From: Candidatus Ornithospirochaeta sp.
GTDB lineage: Bacteria > Spirochaetota > Spirochaetia > Sphaerochaetales > Sphaerochaetaceae
DNA: 50,373 nucleotides
Direction of reading: 5' to 3'
Assembly: GCA_045606405.1 (NCBI GenBank)
Contig: JAZURW010000126.1
Coordinates: 1-50,373 of the forward strand
Numbering within the stretch: the first letter of the stretch is position 1; every line of letters starts with the position of its first letter. Both the position numbers and the translations under genes were made by a program. The notes beneath the pieces are model-generated. The model was not told the origin of the DNA. It saw only the letters and a program-made list of their open reading frames with translations, and made no database searches. Below are positions 26,178 to 34,651 of this stretch, in pieces.

Positions 26178-28253
26178 TCAATCATCAAGATTGATTTTCT
26201 CCTCAGCGCCGATATAAATGTCATCAGGGAATGCCTCTATCATATCCTGGGGTTTTCTCTTGCGCTTTTTGGAGTTCTTCAAGACCTCTTCGCTTTCTAA
26301 GCTCTCGCTGATCTCCTCTTCCTGAGCCATGTCAGCACTAAGAGAAGAAGGATCTTCCTTAAAAGCCTCGATTCTGTTTTGAGCCCCCTTTATCTGCTGA
26401 TCAAGCTTCCAGACAATCTCCTTCTTGCTTGTTATCTCCTCTTGAAGGCTATTAAAGGAGTCCTTTTTAGCTGCGATGTTCCTCTCAACCTCCCTGAGTG
26501 TGTCTATGGACTCGTTTATCTTCTCTTTTGATGTCTCATTGAGAAGGATGACAGCCTGCTTTGATGAGCTGATCCTATCAGCAAGGTGCTTCATCATCTC
26601 TTCTCCTGTCGCCCTCATCCTATCAAGATGGCTCTCACTCTCAGCGATGACCTCTTGGAAGTTCTCATCCAATGCGGTTCTGCACTTATCAATGTATGCC
26701 TCTCTTTCGCTATCTAAGGCTTCCATTGCCAGCTCAAGCTCTTTTCTCTTGTTGTCCACTGCCTGAGAGAAGTCCCCTACCATAGCGCTCTTTTGCTCAC
26801 TCATATTCTTCAAGGAGAGCTCAACGTCATTCTCCCTTTCCGCCATTCTATCTGAGAAAGCAGCAATAGCCTTATCCCTTTCCTCAGCAAGACCAGATAA
26901 TGCGAGGCTGACCTTGTTTTCCTCCTCAATCATCCTATCTGTGAATTCCTTGATTGAGATTGCCTTATTCTCGACAAGCTTAGCTATGGCATCCTCAACC
27001 TTCAGAGCTTCCTCCTGCATTCTTCTTGAGAACTCATCTATGGATTCATCCCTTCTCTTGTCTAGACTATCCAGGCTAGCTTTGATTTGGGCCTTCTTCT
27101 CATCGATCTCCAAGCTGAACTCTTCAAGAGCAGCCTTCACATCGCTTTCCTTATTGCTGATTCTCTCAGAAAGCTGATCAGAGCACTCCTGGCTGCTGTT
27201 TCTCAGATCCTCAGCATATCTTGCCTCTGCCTCTGAGATCGACAATACAATCTGCTCTCTCATCCTCTCAAGGCCAAGAAGCGCTTCATTGAACCTCTCA
27301 TCCTCCTTCTGGACCTTGACTGAGAACTCCTCAACCAAGGATGAGATGTCTCTCTCCTTGTCAGAGAGCCTCTGCTTGAGAAGCTCTTCCTGGCTATCGC
27401 CATATTCTTTAATTGAGAGATTATATGCCTCTGATGCCTCAGCAAGGGATGCTATTGACGCATCCTTTCTGCTCTCAAGCTCAGTTGTCACGCTCTCAAG
27501 CTCCTCTCGCAAACTCAAGAGATTACCTGTTGCCTGGTCTATTGCCTGATGGATATCCAGACTCTTATCAGAGAGGACATTGAGATTGTTGCAAGCAAGC
27601 TCCTCCTGCTTTCTGCACAAATCAGAGAATTGCGCCTTCTCAGAGGCGATGAACTCAGCAAATTGAGTCTTGAATCTCTCAAGCGATACACCAAAGGCTG
27701 TGAGCATCTGATTGTTCTCATCCATCTGGTTCTGGCTTGCGACCTTAAGACTCTGCTCTGTTGAGGCGACAAGTCGCGCATGCTCAGCCTTGAGGTCCTG
27801 CATCTGGTTCACGACTCTCTCTGCATCAAGCTGGAACTGCTTTACAAAGCTATCAACACTCTCCGCCTTCTTGACCTCTGCTTGGACTGCATGAATCCTT
27901 GATTCAGCATGCTCGGTCTGTATCTTAAGCTTCTCAAGTGCGATTTTGTAGTTCTTGCATACATCATCTAGCTGGGAGAGCTCTTTCTGATGGAAGAATA
28001 GCTTATCCAAGCTCTCATCGATATTTGCGATGGCGGTCTTTGTATCCTCAATCACAGAGGCAAGCCTTTCCTCATAGTTCTTGTAGGACTCTTCCAGCTT
28101 CTTGATGCTCATTTGGGATTCCATCACAAACTGCTTGTAGTTCTTGTTCATATCCCTGATGGTCCTGTCCCTCTTCAAGGAAGCTCTCAGAATCAAGGAG
28201 ATAAGCAGGTTAGCAACAAATACAGCACCAATCATCAAATATGTCTTATCCAT
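26178..28253 (-). CDS. Membrane-anchored long coiled-coil protein of unknown function
   Basis: A single N-terminal hydrophobic segment (YLMIGAVFVANLLISLIL), then ~650 aa rich in E/K/L/S/D with heptad-like character, and a basic KKRKRK patch near the C-terminus. I moved the start to the ATG at 28253 so that it no longer overlaps the HAD gene. Confidence 0.7.
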   Translation of the reverse strand: MDKTYLMIGAVFVANLLISLILRASLKRDRTIRDMNKNYKQFVMESQMSIKKLEESYKNYEERLASVIEDTKTAIANIDESLDKLFFHQKELSQLDDVCKNYKIALEKLKIQTEHAESRIHAVQAEVKKAESVDSFVKQFQLDAERVVNQMQDLKAEHARLVASTEQSLKVASQNQMDENNQMLTAFGVSLERFKTQFAEFIASEKAQFSDLCRKQEELACNNLNVLSDKSLDIHQAIDQATGNLLSLREELESVTTELESRKDASIASLAEASEAYNLSIKEYGDSQEELLKQRLSDKERDISSLVEEFSVKVQKEDERFNEALLGLERMREQIVLSISEAEARYAEDLRNSSQECSDQLSERISNKESDVKAALEEFSLEIDEKKAQIKASLDSLDKRRDESIDEFSRRMQEEALKVEDAIAKLVENKAISIKEFTDRMIEEENKVSLALSGLAEERDKAIAAFSDRMAERENDVELSLKNMSEQKSAMVGDFSQAVDNKRKELELAMEALDSEREAYIDKCRTALDENFQEVIAESESHLDRMRATGEEMMKHLADRISSSKQAVILLNETSKEKINESIDTLREVERNIAAKKDSFNSLQEEITSKKEIVWKLDQQIKGAQNRIEAFKEDPSSLSADMAQEEEISESLESEEVLKNSKKRKRKPQDMIEAFPDDIYIGAEEKINLDD
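26685..27119 (-). repeat. Five tandem 29-residue (87-nt) protein repeats inside the coiled-coil gene
   Basis: Phe recurs at ORF-track residues 389, 418, 447, 476 and 505. The units are FSLEIDEKKAQIKASLDSLDKRRDESIDE / FSRRMQEEALKVEDAIAKLVENKAISIKE / FTDRMIEEENKVSLALSGLAEERDKAIAA / FSDRMAERENDVELSLKNMSEQKSAMVGD / FSQAVDNKRKELELAMEALDSEREAYIDK. Weaker units flank these on both sides. Confidence 0.75.
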
Positions 28254-28263
28254 ATCCAGCCCC

Positions 28264-28959
28264 TTAAAAAACTTTCCTAGCAAACTCTTCCCAGTTCACT
28301 GCGGTTATATCTGCCTTATCATATCCGTCGCCATCTTTGGCAAAGATAAGACATGCATGCATCCCTGCGTTCTTAGCGCCAAGGATATCCTTTCTATAGC
28401 TGTCTCCTACATAGAGAATCTCTTCAGGCCTCAAGCCTAGCGCCTCATATAAAGCGACAAATGGAGTAAGGGAGGGCTTGAAGTGACCAAGATCCTCAGA
28501 CGAGATAATGACCTCGAACTTATCCTCTATGCCCATAGCTTTTAGCTTGACGCCGATTGGGAAATCAGATAAGGCGGCCATTCTATAGCCCTCAGTCTGG
28601 GCTCTCTTCAAGGTCTCCTTGACAAATGGTGCGCTTTTTAGCGAAAGATAGGACCTCTCCCACCTTGCATGAAACACGGCCCTCTCCTTCTTTCTGAACC
28701 TCTTGACGCTCTCTGGGCTATCGTCGCCATACAGCATCCTCGCGCCTCTCTTGCCAATCTCCTGATAGCTCAACTTAGGAGGATTTGAGTAACCATCCTC
28801 CCTTCTGATCTCTTTCCTCATGGAGTTGTATCTCAAGGCAAAGGGCAGATTGAGGATGGAAGCCTTGGCAATTCGCCAGTTCATCTTCCATTTCGGATAG
28901 AATGTGCCGTCTATGTCAAAGCAAAGCGCCTTGATTCCGTTCTCTTTAGCGTACCCCAT
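28264..28959 (-). CDS. HAD-superfamily hydrolase
   Basis: CFDIDGTFY (DxDxT) and VGDSYRKDILGAKNAGM (motif IV). TAATG overlap with the der stop. Confidence 0.85.
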   Translation of the reverse strand: MGYAKENGIKALCFDIDGTFYPKWKMNWRIAKASILNLPFALRYNSMRKEIRREDGYSNPPKLSYQEIGKRGARMLYGDDSPESVKRFRKKERAVFHARWERSYLSLKSAPFVKETLKRAQTEGYRMAALSDFPIGVKLKAMGIEDKFEVIISSEDLGHFKPSLTPFVALYEALGLRPEEILYVGDSYRKDILGAKNAGMHACLIFAKDGDGYDKADITAVNWEEFARKVF

Positions 28960-30509
28960 TATCTCTTCTTAGCCTTCTGCTTGCTGTTTCTCACTATCGT
29001 CTTTGCTTTCTCTTCCTGCTTTCCTATTCTTGCCTTGCCTCCAGGCTTCTTGCTCGTTCCCTTCTTGGTTGAGGTTGTTGCAGTGTTCCTCTTGACGATT
29101 TTCTGTATCTCAAGCTCCTTGCCGCTTGGCCCCTTCTGGTTAAGGGATGGGTTTCTGCGCCTCTCTCTTAGAGATATCTCGATAGGGATATAAGAGAAGC
29201 CAAAGTCCTTTCTTATGCAATTCTTGAGATAAGAGACATAAGTGTCTGGGAACTGAGCGATTCTATTGACAAAGAACAGGAATCTTACAGGATTCTCACT
29301 CACCTGTGTGCCATAGAGGACTTTAAAATGGCCTTGCGCCCCTCTAGGAGGCTCCTGCTGCTCAGTCCAGCTCTTTAGAGCCATGTTCACATCAGATGTG
29401 TCAACACGCTTATTCAGCTGTCTCCAAACACTCCAGACCATATCCAAGAGCTTTCCAACCTCCTGTCCCTCAAGTGCCGATATAGGCATCAATGGCGCGA
29501 AGGAGAGTATTGGGAATAGGAATCTGACTCTATCCTTAATCGCTTCAAGCTCATTTCCTATGCCCTTGAGTCTATCTATCTTATTGAGGACGAGAATCAC
29601 ACCCTTTCCTCTTCTGACGATTAGCTGAGCGATCTTCTTATCCTGCTCAGCCAACCCCTCTAGAACATCGATCATCAAAAGAACGACATCGGCTTCATCT
29701 ATCGTCTTGATCGCTCTGTTTACTGAATAGTATTCAACATCCTCCTCAACTTTGCTCTTTCTTCTGATTCCTGCAGTATCGAGGACAGTGTACTCTGTTC
29801 CCTTGTAGATGAAGGTGCCTCTCATGACATCCCTGGTTGTGCCTGCGATATCAGAGACAATCGAGATATCCCTTCCTGTAAGAAGGTTTGTCAGAGTGGA
29901 TTTTCCAGTGTTTGGCTTGCCCATGATCGCAATCTTTATTGTATCTGGCTCCTCAGGTATCTCCTCAACCCTCTCTAGGTTGAGCATTCCAAGGATGGAA
30001 TCCTCAAGCTCCTCAATGCCAAGTCCATGAGATGCAGAAATGCCAACAACTCTCTGGTATCCATAAGAGAAATAGTTCCAGATCAAATCCTCTCTATCTG
30101 GGCCATCGATCTTATTCACAGCAAGGACAACCTTGTCCATGTAGGGTCTCAGCTCCTCTATGAGCATCATATCCTCTGCGGTGATCTCCATTACATCAAG
30201 AAGAAAGACAATGACATCACTCATCTTCAAAAGCGAAAGCGATTTTTCAGTGACTGCATAGTCAAGGCCCTCCATATCAAGCTTGACTCCACCAGAGTCA
30301 ACAAGCGTAACTGGGTGGTTGCCAAGCAGCCAGCGCTCTGGAATTGGATCTCGGGTCACGCCAGGTGTTGGGTCTGTGATTGCTCTTCTCTTTCCTATCA
30401 ATCTATTGAAAAGCGTGGATTTTCCCACATTTGGCCTGCCTATGATAGATATCAAAGGAAGGTCGGTATCTATATCCGCTTTGTTCTTTATTTCAAGCTT
30501 CTCTTTCAT
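28959..30509 (-). CDS. der: Ribosome-assembly GTPase Der (EngA) with a basic C-terminal tail
   Basis: Two G-domains (GRPNVGKSTLFN and GKPNTGKSTLTN), a KH-like domain, and then a ~70-aa K/R-rich tail. Confidence 0.95.
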   Translation of the reverse strand: MKEKLEIKNKADIDTDLPLISIIGRPNVGKSTLFNRLIGKRRAITDPTPGVTRDPIPERWLLGNHPVTLVDSGGVKLDMEGLDYAVTEKSLSLLKMSDVIVFLLDVMEITAEDMMLIEELRPYMDKVVLAVNKIDGPDREDLIWNYFSYGYQRVVGISASHGLGIEELEDSILGMLNLERVEEIPEEPDTIKIAIMGKPNTGKSTLTNLLTGRDISIVSDIAGTTRDVMRGTFIYKGTEYTVLDTAGIRRKSKVEEDVEYYSVNRAIKTIDEADVVLLMIDVLEGLAEQDKKIAQLIVRRGKGVILVLNKIDRLKGIGNELEAIKDRVRFLFPILSFAPLMPISALEGQEVGKLLDMVWSVWRQLNKRVDTSDVNMALKSWTEQQEPPRGAQGHFKVLYGTQVSENPVRFLFFVNRIAQFPDTYVSYLKNCIRKDFGFSYIPIEISLRERRRNPSLNQKGPSGKELEIQKIVKRNTATTSTKKGTSKKPGGKARIGKQEEKAKTIVRNSKQKAKKR

Positions 30510-30530
30510 TCTTCATCCTATTGAAGTGTT

Positions 30531-30630
30531 GTATTGGTTGTATTAAAAGCCAGGCATGACAATTGCCTATCTATCATGTTAGTATACAGAATTAAATCGT
30601 TACAACCAATACTATTGAATCAAACGATTT
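30531..30630. repeat. Nested inverted repeats in the der/GerMN divergent intergenic region
   Basis: GTATTGGTTGTA (30531-30542) is the perfect reverse complement of TACAACCAATAC (30601-30612). AGGCA/TGCCT (30552-30568) lies inside this pair. AAATCGTT (30594-30601) pairs with AACGATTT (30623-30630). Confidence 0.6.
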
Positions 30631-30707
30631 CGATGTTTTCGTCTTTTAGCCATTTTTTGATTGCCCTCATACAGCTAAAAAGATAAAGTAGGACTATAGA
30701 GGGATTT

Positions 30708-31223
30708 ATGAATAGCAGGCATTCAGGAATAAGATATCAATTGATTTTCACCATCATATTGATAATCTATGCATCTGCTTTGGCCTATCTTGCATATCCA
30801 ATTGCCAAAAGAAACCTTGAGGAGCTTAATGTCATCAAGCACTATGATAGATACATCGAGGAGAAGCACTCCAAGGAATTTGAGACCTTCATGGTATTCC
30901 TCCATACAAACAATGGCCTTGTATCCATCGAGAGAAGCATCGAAGTGAACGCCAGGGATTTGCTTCACCTAGCTCTTGAAGCCCTTTTGCTGGGCCCCAG
31001 CGAGGAGGATTTGAAGAAGGGCATCATCACCTATATACCAAAAGACACCGAGCTAGTCGGTGTCTCTGAATCAAACGGGTCCATCTTCGTGGAGTTCTCC
31101 AAGGAGATACTAGATAGCAGGAACCCTGATGCTGCATATTCCCAGATTGAGAGCACTATAAGACACTCAATGACATGCAAGGACATCTATATCATAGCGA
31201 ACAACTCGATAATCAATAGGTGA
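30708..31223 (+). CDS. GerMN-domain protein with an N-terminal membrane anchor
   Basis: LEALLLGPSEEDLKKGIITYIPKDTELVGVSESNGSIFVEFSKE is typical of GerMN. N-terminal hydrophobic segment. AGAGGGA RBS. Confidence 0.75.
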   Translation: MNSRHSGIRYQLIFTIILIIYASALAYLAYPIAKRNLEELNVIKHYDRYIEEKHSKEFETFMVFLHTNNGLVSIERSIEVNARDLLHLALEALLLGPSEEDLKKGIITYIPKDTELVGVSESNGSIFVEFSKEILDSRNPDAAYSQIESTIRHSMTCKDIYIIANNSIINR

Positions 31224-31992
31224 ACCTCTCTATCGAGATAGCCCTGCCGTTCAGCTCTGCCTCGATTATCACGCCCTGTATAGCCGCATTGCCCTCAGCA
31301 AGCTCGCTTTTCATTGGAAGCTGGGTCAGTTGCCTCTCTATGGCCTTTGCGGGATTGGAGCCAATGACCATGTGCTGGACACCTGTAAGTCCTAAATCTG
31401 TGATGTAAGCAGTCTTTTGGGGGAGAATTTTCTCATCAGCAGTTTGGACATGTGTGTGGGTGCCAACAACAGCAGTCACCCTGCCATCAAGGTAGAAGCC
31501 CAAGGCCTCCTTTTCCTCTGTGGACTCCGCATGGAAATCGACAAAGATCAAAGATGTCCTCTTCCTGATTTCCCTAAGCACAGCGTCAACTCTCCTAAAG
31601 GGATCATCTATAGGCATCATGTTGATTCTTCCCTGAAGGTTCACAACCGCGATTTCCTTGCCCGCACACTGCTTTATCGCATATCCGACGCCTACACATG
31701 GCTCAGGGTAATTCAAGGGCCTAAGAATATCATCATTCTTATCAAGGATAGGGAGGATATCTTCCTTTTGCCAAATGTGATTGCCGCTTGTTATCACATT
31801 TATGCCGATTTTCCTCATGGACAGATAGTCCTCTGGGGAAATGCCAAAGCCAGAGGATGCATTCTCTCCATTTGCGATGACGAAGTCGATTCGCTTTTCC
31901 TTGATAATGGAAGAGAGCCCTAAGAAAAGGGCCCCCATTCCTAAGCTGCCTGAGATATCCCCAAGCATCATGACACGAACTGTGCTACTCAT
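31213..31992 (-). CDS. ymdB: YmdB-like metallophosphoesterase (TIGR00282 family)
   Basis: VMMLGDISG...FVIANGENASSGFGI...TSGNHIW...DFHAE.T.EK...GTHTHVQTAD. It begins immediately after the rny stop, the same arrangement as the conserved rny-ymdB pair. Confidence 0.9.
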   Translation of the reverse strand: MSSTVRVMMLGDISGSLGMGALFLGLSSIIKEKRIDFVIANGENASSGFGISPEDYLSMRKIGINVITSGNHIWQKEDILPILDKNDDILRPLNYPEPCVGVGYAIKQCAGKEIAVVNLQGRINMMPIDDPFRRVDAVLREIRKRTSLIFVDFHAESTEEKEALGFYLDGRVTAVVGTHTHVQTADEKILPQKTAYITDLGLTGVQHMVIGSNPAKAIERQLTQLPMKSELAEGNAAIQGVIIEAELNGRAISIERFTY

Positions 31993-33525
31993 TTATTTCG
32001 CATACTCCACAACTCTTGTCTCTCTGATTATTGTGACCTTTATCTTGCCTGGGTATCTTAGTTCCGCTTCGATTCTCTCTGCGATTCCCTGTGCGATCTT
32101 CCTAGCTCCATCATCAGATACGACATCGCTGTTGACCATGATCCTAAGCTCTCTGCCAGCCTGGATCGCATAAGCATTGTCAACGCCATCAAAGCCCTTA
32201 GCAATGCTCTCAAGCGACTCCAAGCGCTTGATATAGTTATCCAAACTCTCTCTTCTTGCGCCTGGTCTAGCAGCTGAGATAGCATCAGCAATCTGCACTA
32301 TGATAGCCTCAAGGCAGGTTGGCTCAACGTCATTATGGTGTGCAAGAACACAATTGACAATCCTTGGATCCTCACCAAGACGCTTGACAAGATCACCACC
32401 AAGCTCTGCATGGTTGGCTTCGCTCTCTGTCTCTGCGCCTTTTCCGATGTCATGCAGCAGACCGCCTCTCATGGCAACTGATGCGTCAGCGCCTACCTCA
32501 GATGCAATCATGCCAGCCAAAACAGCTACTTCCTTGGAATGCAAGAGAACATTCTGCCCATAGGAAGTTCTGAAGTGGAGTCTTCCTAGTGCTCTGATCA
32601 GCTCTGTTCCAACGTTATGTATTCCAAGATCGAATACGACCTTCTCACCCTCATCAACGATGATTCTGCCGATCTCCTTGGAAACCTTGTTGACAACCTC
32701 TTCGATTCTAGCTGGATGTATTCTTCCATCCTGCACAAGGCGTTCAAGAGCTACTCTTGCGATCTCCTTCCTGACAGGATCAAAGCATGAAATGACAACG
32801 GCCTCTGGAGTGTCGTCAATTATGATATCAACGCCAGTTAGCGTCTCAAGCGTTCTGATGTTTCTTCCTTCTCGTCCGATGATTCTTCCTTTCATCTCAT
32901 CTGAAGGAAGATTGACGGAAGTCGTTGTTATCTCACCAGATACCTCTGTGGCAAGACGCTGGATCGATGTGACTATGATGTCTCTTGCTTTCTTATCCGC
33001 AAGCAAATGGGCTTCCTGCTCGATCTTGTTGACATAGACCTGACCATCATGCTCCGCCTTCTGCTTCATCTGCTCGATAATAAGCTCTTTAGCTTCATCA
33101 CGACTCATCTGAGCTACTTTCTCAAGCTCAGAATCCAACATCATTTCCTTCTGTTCTGCTGTCTTTTCCTTCTCAGAAAGAGCAGCATCCCTCTCTCCTA
33201 GTTGTCGCTTCAGTGCGTCTAATTCTTGCTGTTTATGATCAAGGTTCTCTTCTTTTTGAAGAAGTCGTCTCTCACTCTTCTGAAGTTCAAATCTCCTCTC
33301 TCTAGCCTCACTTTCCTGAGCCTGCTGCTCCTTCTGGAGCTTATCCCTAGTCTCAAGAATTATCTCCTTGGCCTTTGCCTCTGCCTCTCTTACAGCTTCC
33401 TCTTCAAGACGTTTAGCCTTCTGCTCAGCAGAGGTAAGTTTAAACTTTGCATAAATCCATCGGCCTACAAAGCCTAAAGCAATACCAGCAATACAACATA
33501 GGAGGGATACAAGTACTGTCACCAT
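31993..33525 (-). CDS. rny: Ribonuclease Y
   Basis: N-terminal TM segment, coiled coil, KH domain (GRIIGREGRNIR) and HD domain (LLHDIGK...AHH). The ATG at 33525 is preceded by AAGGAGG; the ORF-track start is a TTG. Confidence 0.95.
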   Translation of the reverse strand: MVTVLVSLLCCIAGIALGFVGRWIYAKFKLTSAEQKAKRLEEEAVREAEAKAKEIILETRDKLQKEQQAQESEARERRFELQKSERRLLQKEENLDHKQQELDALKRQLGERDAALSEKEKTAEQKEMMLDSELEKVAQMSRDEAKELIIEQMKQKAEHDGQVYVNKIEQEAHLLADKKARDIIVTSIQRLATEVSGEITTTSVNLPSDEMKGRIIGREGRNIRTLETLTGVDIIIDDTPEAVVISCFDPVRKEIARVALERLVQDGRIHPARIEEVVNKVSKEIGRIIVDEGEKVVFDLGIHNVGTELIRALGRLHFRTSYGQNVLLHSKEVAVLAGMIASEVGADASVAMRGGLLHDIGKGAETESEANHAELGGDLVKRLGEDPRIVNCVLAHHNDVEPTCLEAIIVQIADAISAARPGARRESLDNYIKRLESLESIAKGFDGVDNAYAIQAGRELRIMVNSDVVSDDGARKIAQGIAERIEAELRYPGKIKVTIIRETRVVEYAK

Positions 33526-33654
33526 ACTGAAGCCTCCTTTCAATATTCTAACATTTTGAATAGTGGACTAAACTTTTCTCGCTGTCAAGGCAATTCTTGA
33601 TCAAGATATCCACTAGAAACGTCTCTAGCCATGCTTACCGCTCTTTATTTTAGC

Positions 33655-34548
33655 TTATGAATGCTTAAACTCCCTGGTTTTCACATAATCAATGAACACC
33701 TTCAACGCCTGCGACATCCATTTGTTCTTGTGATAAATGAGCTGCTTCCATATATCGGTATCGAAATCCTGTATGTCCAAATACACCAGCCTATCGCTTT
33801 TTATCACCTCGTCTGTCACAAAATCCGGCAAATATGATATTCCTTCGCTTCTCTCCAAAAGAGCAACAATCAGATCAGTCCTACCTATCTCCAAAGCAGG
33901 TGTCACCTCGATTGATCGCTTCTCCAGCTCTTGCTCGAATATCCTTCTGTAGCCCATATTCTTCTCTGTCAGGAAGAGAGGGAATCTTGTTATCTCCTGC
34001 AAGCTAATATTCTTCTTCCCCGCAAGTGGATTATCCTTTCCCGCAACAAAATGCATATTCACCTTCTTCTCCTTGGCAACAATGTGATTGCTATCATAGA
34101 AGTGGCTATCAAGGGTGAGGATCACATCTGCCTTATTCTGGTCTAGCATGGCAAACATATCCTTTGTGTCTGCTGTCGTGAACTTCAGCTTTATCTCTGG
34201 ATACCTAGCCGAAAAATCAAGATAGTTGGACCTTATCATGTCCTCGCATATCGAATCTGGAGTAACGACATGTATCAAGCCTCGAACTTGATCACTTCCA
34301 CTCAATGCCTGTTTGCATTCGTCGGAGAGTTGAAGGATGGCATGAGCGTATTCCAACAGCTTTCTGCCCTCATCTGTCAAAAGAATCGTGTGGTTTATCC
34401 TCTCGAAAAGCAGGCACTTCAGCTCCTGTTCAAGCTGTTTTATCTGAAAAGAGATCGAAGACTGCGTGTAGCCAAGAAAGTCTGCTGCTTTTGTGAAGCT
34501 ACCCATCTCAGCCACTCTTACAAAGGAATAAAGATTTCGAATCTCCAT
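33655..34548 (-). CDS. LysR-family transcriptional regulator
   Basis: MEIRNLYSFVRVAEMGSFTKAADFLGYTQSSISFQIKQLEQEL. The ATG at 34548 has AAGGAG 7 nt upstream. Confidence 0.9.
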   Translation of the reverse strand: MEIRNLYSFVRVAEMGSFTKAADFLGYTQSSISFQIKQLEQELKCLLFERINHTILLTDEGRKLLEYAHAILQLSDECKQALSGSDQVRGLIHVVTPDSICEDMIRSNYLDFSARYPEIKLKFTTADTKDMFAMLDQNKADVILTLDSHFYDSNHIVAKEKKVNMHFVAGKDNPLAGKKNISLQEITRFPLFLTEKNMGYRRIFEQELEKRSIEVTPALEIGRTDLIVALLERSEGISYLPDFVTDEVIKSDRLVYLDIQDFDTDIWKQLIYHKNKWMSQALKVFIDYVKTREFKHS

Positions 34549-34597
34549 AGTGGTCTCCTTATCGAAATTTTTTATGGTTTTCATAAAAATAATTAGT

Positions 34598-34626
34598 TTG
34601 ATTAATTATGCAGAAATTAATATAGT
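34598..34626 (+). promoter_or_regulatory. Candidate promoter for the beta-eliminating lyase gene, overlapping a T-N11-A LysR-type box
   Basis: TTGATT (34598-34603), 17-nt spacer, TATAGT (34621-34626). ATTAGTTTGATTAAT (34592-34606) is ATTA-N7-TAAT, i.e. T-N11-A. Confidence 0.4.
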
Positions 34627-34633
34627 AGGTCAA
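34605..34633 (-). promoter_or_regulatory. Candidate divergent promoter for the LysR gene
   Basis: Minus strand reads TTGACC (34633-34628), 17-nt spacer, CATAAT (34610-34605). It overlaps the lyase promoter back-to-back. Confidence 0.4.
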
Positions 34634-34651
34634 AACCATATAGAGGAAAAA

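Noticed and set aside
30027-30524. 165-aa plus-strand ORF; also 31417-31923 (168 aa) and 43078-43560 (160 aa)
   Set aside because: All are antisense to der, ymdB and rplE/rplX respectively. They have no independent signals.
34550-34651. 34-codon N-terminal extension of the lyase ORF, or a tnaC-like leader peptide
   Set aside because: The extension starts inside the LysR coding region and promoter and has no RBS. The ATG at 34652 has a good RBS and aligns with the family N-terminus. No separate short Trp-containing leader ORF is visible.
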